Part shown: piece by piece, positions 1-15,599 of the stretch
Numbering within the stretch: position 1 is the first letter of the stretch
Layout: each line of letters starts with the position of its first letter
Assembly (NCBI GenBank): GCA_964016885.1
Contig: OZ024740.1
Location: 370,760,001-370,824,000, forward strand
DNA: 64,000 nucleotides
Direction: 5' to 3'
Origin: Eledone cirrhosa
Taxonomy: Eukaryota
Notes under the pieces: generated by a model
Databases searched by the model: none
What the model was told of the DNA's origin: nothing
The model's input: the letters and a program-made list of their open reading frames with translations, nothing else
Program-made: the position numbers and the translations under genes

Positions 1-223
1 AAGCGTTAACCTAATATATCCCTTCCATATACTGTACCGATTGTGTTGTTATTTCTGTTTACCGTTTACATACATATATATATGTGTGTGTGTGTGTGTG
101 TATGTGTGTGTGTGTGTATCTCTGTGCGTGCGCATACATTTGCATATTAAACATGATGTTTACACTCTACTAATGTATTGTGTACTTTGCTAACTATGGT
201 TACCACCGATTGAACCCGAAACT

Positions 224-342
<119 letters not shown>

Positions 343-621
343 GAGAACACCAGCAATATATCTGACTAGATAGAGAAGCAATTGTCGATTCGTCATATGT
401 GCGCATATTCGGCTGATACGTGGGGGGTGGGTATTTGTGTGTTGGTGTGTGTGTGTGAGTGTGGTGGTGTTTTTACTATGCTGCATATTACTGTAAGTAT
501 GTGTCCATATACATAAATGACTGAATGACGGAATGTCCTTCTGTTTGTATTTGTTTACCGAATATGTAATATATTTGTTATTCTCTGTAGACAATGTTTT
601 ATATGCACTTTCAGGCACGAA

Positions 622-1160
622 GTAAAACGGATACCTTCAATGTCATTTCGTCAGATGCTATGTTGCTTCGTGCGTGTATCTTTAATGTACGCTCTATTCC
701 TAATATATTCTTCACTATTTATTTGCTGTATTTACGATTTGAGGCTTTTAGGTTATGTTCATAAGTTTGGAGAGGAAAGGCTTTTATTTTTACTAACTTT
801 ACCTATTGACACGTACTACATGAAACAACACTTTCAGTGGCAATCCAACAGCCTGTAAATATTTACTGGACATTTTAATTTTCGTATTGATTCAGATATA
901 AATCGATGTGAAAGTCGCAGAGATCCATGTAGAAAGTGTAATTTCCTACCAAGTGAAATGATGACATTTCTTCTAACCAATGTACTGCATTGTATTCCTA
1001 ATCAAGACATTTACATGTCAGTGGGTTTTCTAAAAGAAGTAGCAAATATCTCAGATAGTGAGAACTCATATTGTTAAATAACAAGATCATAGCAATATTA
1101 GTTTCTTTTTGACAAAACATAGAAGCACTACATTTTACGAAATAATCCACTGGACGGTGT
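622..1160 (+). pseudogene. Degenerate LRR / LRR-CT coding fragment (TLR-like unit 1 ectodomain end)
   Basis: Manual translation: VKRIPSMSFRQML (622), LLTLPIDTY, FSGNPTAC, ELILLNNKIIAI...F*QNIEALH then frameshift to RNNPLD (1062-1155). Fits LxxLxLxxNxI and the NP-x-C cap; several stops and frameshifts. Confidence 0.55.
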
Positions 1161-1309
1161 AATAATGTTATTGGTGGTGTATATCTAGTACAGAATAACA
1201 TAGTATCGTACAGAAATTTCAAGTAAATTGTTTTCGATACTCGTCAGCATAAACGTTTCGCTTTTCTAATTTGATAGCATGGACCTAGTGTGTGTATATA
1301 TATATACAC

Positions 1310-1910
1310 AGTTCAAGAGTAACCAATCTTAAAGAGAGAGATGGAGATAGGAGAGGAGATAGGAGATGAGAAGAGAGATTAGTGAATTAGTTAGAAGCCA
1401 AAGCGTAAAGGCATGTGCTCAATGTGCAATATGCAGTTGAAGGCAGCTAGGTGGCTAGGTTCATGCAGAGGTTAGGTGCACAGAGCTGGAAATAGTCATT
1501 AGTTAAGCAAAACAAGACCACAAATTTCACAGGGAAGACATTATTAAAAGATTGTCAACATATTTTAGTTTGATGTAAGGAATGTAGAGAATACTAATAA
1601 TATTAATAATAATAATGTCCGTTTACAATTGTTTCGCTACTCCATATAATATTTCTGGATCAAATGATTATAGATCATTATTGATCTGGTTCAGTTGAAA
1701 ATAATTAACGTAGGTAAAAATAGAGCAGCTCATCGGAACTTCAAAAGGAATATAAATTAAAATAAGGTAAGAATGTTACATTAATGTAATGTTCCATATA
1801 TTGGTATTTCACTATGGTGTCCTGGGTATATCCATTGTGTGCCATAGTCGAGTAGTATTCTTCTGTCGAGGCTGCATTGTGTGAGATCTGCCTATGGGTA
1901 ACAAGATATA
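1310..1910 (-). mobile_element. PLE pseudo-LTR relic carrying a hammerhead motif
   Basis: Non-coding block between (TA)n tracts containing the HHR at 1621-1739. Confidence 0.5.
1621..1739 (-). ncRNA. Type I hammerhead ribozyme, U4C core, long stem II
   Basis: Minus strand reads gtt-CCGATGA-gctgctc...(about 80 nt)...gagtagc-GAAA-c-aatt-g-TA-aac. Confidence 0.65.
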
Positions 1911-2083
1911 TATATATAAGATATATATATATATATATATATGAGGAAAAGGGATAATTAATTTGTTGGTAATTCAACAAATATAAATGTTTATAACTGA
2001 TTCAAAGCACTCGACAGTTTTTCTGTGTTTTCAGTTATTCAATGATATTAAATAAATGGAAACTATATTTATAAAACCCTATT

Positions 2084-2144
2084 TATTCTATTATATATAT
2101 TTCATGGGTACCAAAACTTTGGTACGCTCTCATCAGATAAAATA
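2084..2144 (-). ncRNA. Type I hammerhead ribozyme (minimal stem III)
   Basis: Minus strand reads tattttat-CTGATGA-gagcgtaccaaagttttggtacccat-GAAA-t-atat-a-TA-atagaata; stem I is 8 bp. Confidence 0.75.
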
Positions 2145-4062
2145 CAAAGTTTGTTTTATAAATGTTGACATAACCAGGAAGAAGAACTTAACGGTTCAAA
2201 TTTTTCCTGGATAGTAAAGGAAAGAAGGGAAAGAGAAGAAAAGTCAAATATTTCAAATTATTAAGATGAGTATGCAAATGAGGTTGAAGTATACGGCTGA
2301 AAAAAAACGTTATTTTTAGACGCTATGTAGATTTAAATAATTATTAGGATACATGTATGTATGTGTAGGAAGAAGAAAGAGAAAGAAAGAGCTTGCATTT
2401 ACGTTAATTTAAAAAGAATTAACAGTTTGTAGGAATGGTGGAATACTAGAATTTTTTAAATTATTTAGCTATATTATGAGTTATAATATTGTATATATAA
2501 TCAATTAGATTATATGAAGAATTATGGTTGTAAGTACATTTTATCTTATTACATTACAACAGGTTGTAAGTATATAAATATCTATATAGATTAATAATTG
2601 TGCAAGTATAAGTATTATTGGGCGTTTTATAGAAATAAATCACAATTATTAGTTGTTTACATTTCTCATATGAGTTACGAAGGGTGTTTTACATAAAAAA
2701 AATTTAAGAAAAAGACGTAGTTCAAGTTGTAAGAGGAGAACAATTTGTAGATTCAAATATTTTGTTCCAACATTGAAAATGTTTACAGAATATTGTTAAT
2801 TTAGCGAAGTTATATAGTTTATCATACAAGTTATCATAAGTATGTTTGCTCAATTGGAAAGGAAAAGATAACACCAATCTTATTTGCTAAACGTTAAATT
2901 TGATGAATGATTTACTCAGAAAGCATGTAGAGAAAATTATATATTATTTTGTGTGAGATTAAATTTTTTTCAAGGATGAGAATTTCAATTACATATTATT
3001 TAAGTCGAAAGATGAGTGAAAAGTTTGAAGATCAAAAAGAGGAAAAAAGTATTGAGCATTTCGAAGAACTATCGTAAAGAGGATATCTTTCAGAATGACA
3101 ATTAAAGATTATCAATCTACATCTAAAAAATAGATTAATAAGAGTATCATTAGGAAAAGAATATCAAATGGTAAAAATACTAAATTTAAGAAGGAATATC
3201 ATTTTTAAAAATTTTAATTTTTAAAGAAATACTCAGTAAATAATAGGATCATTTTAAAGGTGTATAAGATATAATCAAGTGTAATGAATATCATAGATTA
3301 AAAACACTTCTGAAAATGGAATTTTGGCGATGTCTGCAACTAGATAATAATTCTGTTTTAAAATTAATAGAGTTTTGACAGTTAATTATATAAAAAATAC
3401 ACAAATGACAGATTCTTGAGAAAGCCATATTTCGGTATACAGGTGCTTTCTAAATCGTTCTCCAAGATATTGAATAGTATATATTGTTGTCCTTTAAATT
3501 CCAAATTAAATGTGAAAGTGAAGTGGAAGATTTTTTATCGGACCTATTAAATGTATGTTTGTGGTTGTACCAGCGTTCTTTGAATTTTGTAGAACTGGCA
3601 CCTATATAGTTAAATATTTTGTCGCTAGTTTTAACTGTGCATTTATAAATTACGTTTTTGTCTAAGCAATTATTTTGTAAAGGGCAGTTTGATTTAATTC
3701 TACAGTTACATTTTCTGGAGTTGTTATTCGGAACGGTACTATTATTATGAATAATGTTGTTAGAAATATTATTATTGCTATCTTGGTTTGTTTGGTTAGG
3801 GTTTAAATTTAAGTTTCTATTACTAATTTTATTTATATTTCGTGCTATGGTCATAGTAGTAGAGTAGGATAGTTTTAGTGTCTGTTAAAAATAGAGTGGT
3901 ATATGTGGGCTTTAGGAAAACACTTATCTAGTGTTTTAAAAAATAGCTTTGCTAAAGGTGTTTTAACGCCTAATGAGAATGGGGGAGTGTACCAAATAAT
4001 ATTTCTAGTTCTAGTTTTTTTGTTTGGTTTACTATTTAAGTTGAATTGTTTTTTGTTATTAT

Positions 4063-4226
4063 AATTGTTTCTACTTTTAGCACAAGGCCAGCTATAAACC
4101 CAGTGTATTACTGGTACTTTTCATTTTATCGACCCCGTAAGGATGAAAGGCAAAGTTAACCTCGGCGGGATTTGAACTCAGAATGCGTCAAGGCATGGCG
4201 TCCGACCCTCTACCGATACTGCCAAT
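4063..4226 (-). mobile_element. tRNA-derived SINE family A, nested in the PLE
   Basis: Reverse complement has A-box-like TGGCAGTATCGG, B-box GAGTTCAAATCCC and core GCCTTTCATCCTTACGGGGTCGATAAA, shared with 8 other copies. Confidence 0.85.
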
Positions 4227-5586
4227 GAATTCTAGGATGATTTGTCATGTTATTGTTATCTAAGTATTTAATTTTATTCGAGTATCCTGCTCTATGTAAA
4301 GCCTCATTGTAATATTCTGCCTTATCATCAAAAATATTTTGATTAGCGGAGATGCGTGAAATCCGTTGCTGGACGCTATTGACAATAGTGTTTTTTATAT
4401 TTTTAGTAATTTAGATCTTCGTTAATTTTATGGAATGGATAGTATAGACCTGAGCTAAGGTTTAAGGTTATATCTAAGAAGTTAACGATTTTGTAATTAT
4501 TCTTGATTTCTTAATTAAGGTTGTAGTTGTTGAAAAATTGTATTATGGATTTCTTTTTCCTATTAATTTCACTATTGCTATGGTTTTCAATTAAAAGTAA
4601 CATATCGTCGCGATATAAACCTCCGGTCATCTCTGGCATTTTTCTATGCAGTACATTATTAATAAATAATCCAACGAGGTCTGTTACTTACGCTGAGTCA
4701 GATGATCCCATAGTGATATCAAAATTGTTTTTTCTGTCGGCTCCTGTCCAGAGATGATTATTAAATTCTATTAGGGTTTTACGTGCTGTTAGAATGATAT
4801 TCATTTCTTTACTAGATAGGTCTGTATGTTTAGAAGCGTAGATAAGTGCCTTATTAAGTAAGCTAGGGTAATAGAGGAGTAGTAATTTGCAATATCCATT
4901 TGAAGGAATTTTTTCTTATGTTTTAATCTTATGTTTTTAAACCAATCTATTAATTCATTAGTACCGTTCCATAGTTTAAGGTGTGATTTTTCTTTAAGTA
5001 GTGGTATAATTCTATCTAGTATATGATTGCTAATTATGCCTAAGTCAGATTAGATGGTGCGATGAGTCTGACTGGTAGTTCAACTTCAAACTTTCTTTTG
5101 TGGTCCTTCAAGTTAATCTTCGGTTTTCTAGGTATAAAGGGTTCGGTCCTATTTTGAATGCCTAATTTATAAATAATTTCCGAAGCTTCTCTATTTAAGG
5201 TTGAAAGATCTTCATTTGATGTCCTTTTGTAGTTTTTCTTTCAGTATTAGGTTATTATAGTCGTCCTTTTCCATACCATATAAATTATTGGTTTTGTCAG
5301 ATTTTACAAGGATCTTCTTTGTTTTTTCGAGATTGTCTATTTTATTCTTGAGGCCTTTAAGGTACTCCTGGCCGATAAATTGGTTTCTTTAATGTTTTGT
5401 GTAATAGAGATTACTTCAATTTTCAAATTCGGCTAATAGTTTGTTGCTAGGTGGATTCTTCTTAGATTTGAAAATAAAATCAAAGTTGTAACTGGATTTA
5501 TTTATTTTGTCTTCCGATTTTTTATAAAAATGGAAAGCACGCCATCTAAGTCTTCGTAAAAAGGAGTCAGATTTTTCTATGAATTG

Positions 5587-5955
<369 letters not shown>

Positions 5956-6000
5956 TTATATATATATATATATATATAAACAAAAGGGATATTCAATTTG

Positions 6001-6090
<90 letters not shown>

Positions 6091-6095
<5 letters not shown>

Positions 6096-6272
6096 AAAAT
6101 GTTTAACCTCGACGGCAGAGCTCAACCCGTTTCGACGGCTATTTCTGACCGTCGAAACGGCTTGGGCTCTGCTGTCAGGGTTAAACATTTTCCTATTACC
6201 CACTCTACTACCCTAAGTATTGTACTCTGGTGCGTTATGGTCCATCTGGTTCCTTACCACACCTCCTTCGTT
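6091..6272. repeat. Fold-back hairpin plus tail, probable PLE pLTR end
   Basis: 6091-6196 is a hairpin; its tail matches 18885-18975. Lies within (TA)n. Confidence 0.7.
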
Positions 6273-6442
6273 ATATATATATATACTTCCGTCATTAGAG
6301 GACGAAATCTTTGGAATAAGAAGAGATATTTAATATTTAATATAAAGCTTAAAGACCACGTCGATGAGCCGTTGAATATCTTTAGAAATACGAAATTCCA
6401 ATACATATCTGTATACAGCTATGCTCGAAGCTAAATTCTAAT

Positions 6443-6540
<98 letters not shown>

Positions 6541-6578
6541 ATTAAATAAATGGAAAACTATATTTATAAAACCATATT

Positions 6579-6644
6579 TATTTCATTATATATATTTCGG
6601 GGATATCATATTAACAATATGCTATGCCTTCATCAGACAAAATA
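6579..6644 (-). ncRNA. Type I hammerhead ribozyme
   Basis: Inverted copy of the HHR at 11352-11417. Confidence 0.7.
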
Positions 6645-7006
6645 CAGTATAAACAGTTTTATAGATAAATATATTCGACATACCGTAATAAACATCAACT
6701 TCATTTGAAGAGGTTTACGCTAGCAGTGAAAATACAGAGAGAAAGAAAGAGAGAAAGAAAAGAGGGAAAAACGAAAGAAAGAAAGACAAAACGAAGAAAA
6801 GGAAGAAAAAGAAGAAAAAGAAAAAGAAGAAATGCATGGAACAAAATAGAGAGATGGAAGAATACATAAAGCGAAGAGCTTCATGTAAAGAGACAGAAAG
6901 ATATATATATATATAGAGAGAGAGGAAATAGAGATAGATACATATATATATATATAGAAAATTAGGTAGTGGGAGGTCATTTTGAGTAAGTGTATCAATG
7001 ATACAT

Positions 7007-7041
<35 letters not shown>

Positions 7042-7679
7042 GCTCAAGTATTAATGTAAGGGAGATATATAGAGAGATATAGAGAGATATAGAGAGAGAA
7101 AAAATTTAAAAATAGCCAGACATTCGAGGCGTAGAAAACCCTATGTTTTAATGTATTAGTATTTATAAAACTTACACTATATTGTAAATATCAGTATTCC
7201 TGAATGAAACAAGTATTCACAATGTGTGAAAATTCATTATCTTATGTTTAGTTTTAAAAATTCATATGTCTATGTGACAGCTACAAATCTCAATGTGAAT
7301 CCAACTGATTCACTCCGCAAACTCTAAGTTATCGGAAAACATTCTCAATGTGGTATACAAATTTGAGCGTATTATTATTCTTGCGATTACTCTACAAGAT
7401 TATCTATCAAGCAGAAATAGATAGCAGATTTCAATATACTAATCGAAAATATATATTATATTATAAACAAAGATAACAATAATAATAATAAGTAAAAATA
7501 TATAAAAATATAGAATAGAAAACTAAAAAAATATTACGAAAGAATATTACATAATAAAAATATTGCATATTAAAAATACTACGTATTAAAAAATATTACG
7601 TATTAAAAATTTACATATAAAAATTTAACATAAAAATATACATATAAAAATTTACATATATAAAAATTTACATATAAAA

Positions 7680-7711
<32 letters not shown>

Positions 7712-10196
7712 TGTATATATATATATTAAAAAAATAAAATAAAAATAAAAATATTATAGAATACTACAATACTAAAAGAATAAAAATAAAAATAAAAATA
7801 AAAATGAAAATAAAAATAAACCACAAAAAACAACCCTTCAAAGTTAATTGACAATATATTGCCAAGTTCACTACAAGACAAAGCCAAAAATTATCTATCA
7901 AATCACATCTAGCAAAGAATATCGTAAAAAGATTATGATGTCCAATAATGTCTACATATGTTCCTATGTTTAATATAGAAGTTTCTCTAGTGTAAGGTTA
8001 ATTCAAAAATTTGGAGCATCGGCTTTTAGGGTAGCTTAATTTTTCATGAGGAATGTTTAGATAAAAATAAAAATAAATAAAATAAAATAAACAATAAAAA
8101 GAGTAAAACGAGGGAATTAAAGATTTAGGAATCAAAAGATTTATCGGCTAGTTCTCACATAAATATAAATCAAACTAAATATACTACATTTTAAATTTAA
8201 ATTTATATTTAAACGTTGAGTTTAATCTATGTTTGCAACAACTGAATAAATTTGTCCGTAGGTTAAGGGAATTTTTAGATTTTAGTATAAAGAATATCTC
8301 CTCTGCGCAGAGGTCACATGTCTCAGAGGATGAATTAAAAGGAATCCCTCTTGAGACTATATTCCAAGCCGTCGAATATCTAACGTTATCTAGCTTAAGT
8401 TGCCAGAGTACCCCTGATAGTGCCGTTGAAGATTTTTTATTTGGATCTGTGAAAGAATTCTTGTGGTTATTATAGCGAAGTTTAAATTCCGTCGATGTGG
8501 AACCGACGTAGTTAAAAGAATTAGAGTCAGTATTAACATTACAAGTGTATACTATATTTTTAACTAAGCAGTTGTTATTTAACGGACATTTAGATCTATC
8601 TCTACAGTTACATTTGTTAACTTGTATATTATTTATGCTATTATCAGTAGGTTTTAAGTTCCTATTATTTATTCTATTAATATTTTGTGCTAAATTTTTG
8701 GTGGATGAGTAGGTTAATTTAATTGTATGCCTATTGAAGATTGAGTGATACCTATGTGTTCTAGGGAAGCGATTATCAAGAGCTTTGAAAAATAATTTAG
8801 CGATGTGGGTTTTAATGTTTAGTGAGAAAGGGGGGGGCAAACCAAATTATGTTCCTAGTTCTATTTCTTTTTTTGTCCTTTGGAATTATTGTAATGCTTT
8901 CTATTATAGTTGTTAATGTTGTTGCCGTAATTAAAAAAGTTGTTACTTTGTTTAGTTTGTCTATCATTATCTATGTATACAATCTTATCAGCATACCCTG
9001 CCCTAGCTAGTGCATCATTATAGTATTGGGCCTTTCCGTCAAAAATCTTTCTATTCGACGAGATCCTAGAGACACGTTTTGGGACTGAGTTTACTATAGT
9101 GTTTTTGACAGATCTGGGGTGGTTAGAGTTAAAGTTGACATAGTTTAAGTTTTCATTCAACTTGTGAAAAGGATAGTGGAGACATGTGTTGAGATTTAAT
9201 GTTATATCTAGGAAATTGACTATTCTATGGTTGTTCTCAATTTCTATTTTAAGGTTAAAGTAATTAAAAATTTTGTAATTTGTTTACATATTCTATTTAG
9301 TTCAGGGTTATTATTATTAATAAGTAAAAGCATGTCATCCCTATATAAACCTCCGGTAGTACCAGGTATTTTCCTATGTAGCGAATTGATTAAAAATAAG
9401 CCCACAAGGTCAGTTACCTGAGCTGAGTCGGAAGATCCCATAGTTATGTCAAAATTGCTATCTCTATCTGCTCTAGTCCATAATTTGTTCCACATCGACG
9501 GAATTTAAACTTCGCTACAATAACCACAAGAATTCTTTCACAGATCCAAATAAAAAATCTTCAACGGCACTATCAGGGGTACTCTGGCAACTTAAGCTAG
9601 ATAACGTTAGATATTCGACGGCTTGGAATATAGTCTCAAGAGGGATTCCTTTTAATTCATCCTCTGAGACATGTGACCTCTGCGCAGAGGAGATATTCTT
9701 TATACTAAAATCTAAAAATTCCCTTAACCTACGGACAAATTTATTCAGTTGTTGCAAACATAGATTAAACTCAACGTTTAAATATAAATTTAAATTTAAA
9801 ATGTAGTATATTTAGTTTGATTTATATTTATGTGAGAACTAGCCGATAAATCTTTTGATTCCTAAATCTTTAATTCCCTCGTTTTACTCTTTTTATTGTT
9901 TATTTTATTTTATTTATTTTTATTTTTATCTAAACATTCCTCATGAAAAATTAAGCTACCCTAAAAGCCGATGCTCCAAATTTTTGAATTAACCTTACAC
10001 TAGAGAAACTTCTATATTAAACATAGGAACATATGTAGACATTATTGGACATCATAATCTTTTTACGATATTCTTTGCTAGATGTGATTTGATTTGATAG
10101 ATAATTTTTGGCTTTGTCTTGTAGTGAACTTGGCAATATATTGTCAATTAACTTTGAAGGGTTGTTTTTTGTGGTTTATTTTTATTTTCATTTTTA

Positions 10197-10227
<31 letters not shown>

Positions 10228-11351
10228 TTTATTTTTATTTTTATTCTTTTAGTATTGTAGTATTCTATAATATTTTTATTTTTATTTATTTTTTTAATAT
10301 ATATATTTTTTTTTTTTTTTTTTTTATATATTTTTATATGTAAATTTTTATATGTAAATTTTTATATGTATATTTTTATATGTTAAATTTTTATATGTAA
10401 ATTTTTAATACGTAATATTTTTTAATACGTAGTATTTTTAATATGCAATATTTTTATTATGTAATATTCTTTCGTAATATTTTTTTAGTTTTCTATTCTA
10501 TATTTTTATATATTTTTACTTATTATTATTATTGTTATCTTTGTTTATAATATAATATATATTTTCGATTAGTATATTGAAATCTGCTATCTATTTCTGC
10601 TTGATAGATAATCTTGTAGAGTAATCGCAAGAATAATAATACGCTCAAATTTTTATACCACATTGAGAATGTTTTCCGATAACTTAGAGTTTGCGGAGTG
10701 AATCAGTTGGATTCACATTGAGATTTGTAGCTGTCACATAGACATATGAATTTTTAAAACTAAACATAAGATAATTGAATTTTTCACACATTGTGAATAC
10801 TTGTTTCATTCAGGAATACTGATATTTACAATATAGTGTAAGTTTTATAAATACTAATACATTAAAACATAGGGTTTTTCTACGCCTCGAATATGTCTGG
10901 CTATTTTTAAATTTTTTCCCTCTCTATATCTCTCTATATATCTCCCTTACATTAATACTTGAGCTAAATAAATAAATAAATAAATAAATAAATGTATCAT
11001 TGATACACTTACTCAAAATGACCTCCACTACCTAATTTTCTATATATATATATATGTATCTATCTCTATTTCCTCTCTCTCTATATATATATATATCTTT
11101 CTGTCTCTTTACATGAAGCTCTTCGCTTTATGTATTTTTCCATCTCTCTATTTTGTTCATGCATTTCTTCTTTTTCTTTTTCTTCTTTTTCTTCCTTTTC
11201 TTCGTTTTGTCTTTCTTTCTTTCGTTTTTCCCTCTTTTCTTTCTCTCTTTCTTTCTCTCTGTATTTTCACTGCTAGCGTAAACCTCTTCAAATGAAGTTG
11301 ATGTTTATTACGGTATGTCGAATATATTTATCTATAAAACTGTTTATATTG

Positions 11352-11417
11352 TATTTTGTCTGATGAAGGCATAGCATATTGTTAATATGATATCCCCGAA
11401 ATATATATAATGAAATA
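11352..11417 (+). ncRNA. Type I hammerhead ribozyme
   Basis: tattttgt-CTGATGA(11360)-aggcatagcatattgttaatatgatatcccc-GAAA-t-atat-a-TA-atgaaata. Confidence 0.72.
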
Positions 11418-11569
11418 AATATGGTTTTATAAATATAGTTTTCCATTTATTTAATATTGTAAATATACTCCAAATATTTGTCGAGTGCTTTTATATCAGT
11501 TATAAATATTTACTAGTTGTAACCCAACAATTTTAAATATAACTTTACATGTATATATATATATATATA

Positions 11570-12202
11570 TACATTATGAAGAGAGAAGAAACATTTAGAT
11601 ATAATTAGTAATAAAATGTATCATACCTAAACTGCTCCTAGATTCCTCGACTACGTAGTTTCGTGGCATAAACAAAAACAATACATCATAAAGATATAGA
11701 GTCCTTGCGAGGTCTGCCTACTTATCAAGAGGATACCTCATTTTACTAGCCTCAAGAACGCGTCTACACGACGTGAGAAAGAATCCCAAAAGGCGGAGGG
11801 GTAGATAGTCAAGCGATATAACGGTCGGGAAACAGAGCTAAGCCTCTTATAACCCCGAAGAAAATACCACGGAGGCGGAGGGGGTAATTTATATCGAAGC
11901 CGTTAGAAGAGGTGGTGAAGGAGGCGAGAAGTATGAGTAATGGCAGCTTTCCAGCAGTCACCACACTTCAAAGATTACTCAACCAGAGGGAGTTATTAAC
12001 AATATATTTAGAAACAGACAGATACATGCGGACACACACATATACATGAATGCATCCACACCCAACCGTGAGTTAAGGGTGCCAACCTCACCGATGTTGC
12101 TCAATGAATGACTGGGACAGACCAATCCGGTTGAACTAGACTGAACCAGTATCAGAGTTAAAAATACATTATGAAGAGAGAAGAAACATTTAGATATAAT
12201 TA

Positions 12203-12205
<3 letters not shown>
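11570..12205. mobile_element. Relic with about 40 bp terminal direct repeats in (TA)n (probable tandem-type PLE end)
   Basis: tacattatgaagagagaagaaacatttagatataattagta occurs at about 11570 and about 12166. Confidence 0.5.
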
Positions 12206-12263
<58 letters not shown>

Positions 12264-12475
12264 GCATATATGAATATGTACTACATATACATGTATATTT
12301 CTATATTGCTATACTGTGGCATCATGCTGCCAATAAAAGCATGCATCAGCCTAGTTTCACTTTATTTTTTTTATTAGTTAGGTAACAAATCCATTCTTTG
12401 GTTACTTTAGTTCTATTTTGTATGTATTTGTGTTTTCTATTCAATTGAATTGTTGGAGATGTCTGTTGAAACTAA

Positions 12476-13200
<725 letters not shown>

Positions 13201-13353
13201 GTAGGATCCCGGTAACGTCATCAGGTATGTATTGCACAATAGCTATATAATAATGGAATAAAGGAAAAATGGTAAACACAATCCAAGAGGATACATACAC
13301 ATGTGTATGTAGTTTGTGTGTACATATATATATATATTTATATATATATATAC

Positions 13354-13457
<104 letters not shown>

Positions 13458-15072
13458 AGAGAGTCTTGAAGTTTGCTTGAAGCATTGTGGAATAATAAAT
13501 AAATATCTTTAAGTCGTTTGGAAGCCTCGACAAAGCAAATGGGTAAATCTCCGGGTAACAAGATCCGGTGGTGGAGAGAGAGATATAAGTGGGTGTACGT
13601 TGAGATGCGTGGTGTGTAAAGATGTGTAAATGTGTAGAAGAAAGAAGGGAAGAGTATAAAGGATAAAATTAAAATAACAACTTCTACCGAAAGGCAGCCT
13701 GCAGGGACCTGTTCGTTCACTACAAGTCCGCCCTCCCTAACAGTGCCAAAAGAGGATACATCACGAACGAGATCGCGCGAATCAAAAACAGATGCAGCGA
13801 TCCCGCGAGTGGTGTCACTCATACCAAGCGATTCCTCGAGGTGCTGGAGACGAACGGGTACCCTACCTCGATCACAGACAGAATAGGAGACACCAGACAC
13901 AAGAGACAGAGAGGGCACCCAAGGCAAGTGCTTCCTTAAAATTCCACATCTGGGCGAGAATACCACCAACGCTATCCGCAAAGCTATACGGAGGGAGGGC
14001 CTCGACATCCACCTGGCCTACTCGGGCCCCTCCCTGCGAAGATGCCTCTCCAAGAAACCCGGGAAATCTACTGATGCATGCTCCCTCAGAGACTGCCCGA
14101 TACGCCATGCGAACTGTTGCCTACGCACATACGTCGTGTATAAAATAGAATGTGACAGGTGCAACCAATACTACATAGGTAGTACAATCCGACCTTTGCA
14201 GATCCGGATCAAGGAACACACTAAAACCAGGGCCTCGTCTTTCCGGAAACACATAGACAAATGCGGAAACAAAGACGGAAGGCCCATTGTCACAATTCTA
14301 ACGACTGAAAGAAACGTCGGCACGTTACGTATCAAGGAAGCACTTTTTATCAAAACGCCTGCAACCGCAAATAAACAACCGATTAGAGAGAAGCGAAATG
14401 AGATGGCTGGTTTAAGTTAACAAACGATTGTAGTAACACACAACACACGCACACACAAACGAGACAACTACACACACACACACACACAGTAGCATTCCAC
14501 CATACGAACATACTACACTGCCAATACAGATGAACAAGGCAACAACAACACGCGCACACACACACACACACACACACACTCAAGCGAGACAATAACACAC
14601 GCACGCACACACACACACAGTAACATTTAACAAACAGGCAGAGAATGGACCGACAGCTAGCGCCACCCCACTCCCTCATTCGGCCGCTGACCTCTGCCCG
14701 ACCGACCCCATTTCAAGCGCACGCGCGCTCTGCCGAATACCTCAGATATTCAAAACAACAAACAGCGGAGGACGCGTTTCGCACCTGTCCGACAGACAAC
14801 CTTTATCCGGAAAAAAAAAACCCAGTTGATGGATGTGAATCCGAAATATATAGGGACTATTAAATCTCTCCCAAGGTAACTCTCTCTTGTGTTGTTATTT
14901 TTATTTTATCCTTTATACTCATCCCTTCTTTCTTCTACACATTTTACACATAATTTACACACCACGCATCTCAACGTACACCCACTTACATCTCTCTCTC
15001 CACCACCGGATCTTGTTACCCGGAGATTTACCCATTTGCATTGTCGAGGCTTCCAAACGACTTAAAGATATT
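13458..15072 (+). mobile_element. 5'-truncated PLE (RT thumb + GIY-YIG) with inverted pLTR arm
   Basis: 13682-14416 translates FYRKAACRDLFVHYKSALP...VVYKIECDRCNQYYIGSTIRPLQIRIKEH. 13458-13683 is an inverted copy of the 3' end (14890-15072) plus a tail. Confidence 0.9.
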
Positions 15073-15103
15073 TATATATATATATATGCATATATGTGTA
15101 TGT

Positions 15104-15203
<100 letters not shown>

Positions 15204-15344
15204 AGTAAATAGGACTAGCAAGATTAACCTGAAACGATTTAATAGAAATTATATTTTTTTCTTATAATAAGTGAATGGTATGTTTCTATGTAATCTCATG
15301 AGTATGTCAATATGCATGTTTCTAGCCTATTTTATTTTTAGATT

Positions 15345-15570
15345 TGATATTTAGTGTTTGTGAACTTGGTCAAGATCGTAAGGTCATGAGTTTGATTCCC
15401 TGACCAAGCGGGCATTGTGTCCTTCAACAAATCACTTTATTTTACGTTGCTTCAGTCCAGTCTAGTCAACTGGCAAAAATGAGTTGTATCTGTGGAATGC
15501 TCAGCCACTTGCACGTTAATTTCACGAGAAGGCAGTTCGTTGATTGAACCAACTAGAGAGCCCGTTGTCG
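15345..15570 (+). mobile_element. tRNA-derived SINE family B
   Basis: B-box-like GAGTTTGATTCCC followed by gtgtccttcaacaaatcacttt core, similar to copies at 16684, 36785 and 61284. Confidence 0.65.
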
Positions 15571-15599
15571 AAAATAAGTGAGATCCAACAACAGCAGCT

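Larger units (their letters stand above)
6537..11550 (-). mobile_element. 5'-truncated PLE with about 2 kb inverted duplication of its 3' part
   Basis: ORFs 9244-9495 (RT GGLYRDD), 8861-9160 and 8184-8840 (GIY-YIG). About 9490-11460 is the reverse complement of 6537-8500, followed by a 90 bp extra tail. Confidence 0.92.

Noticed and set aside
896-1075. Possible functional exon after ttcag
   Set aside because: The frame ends in stops with no convincing donor site; better explained as decayed LRR coding sequence.
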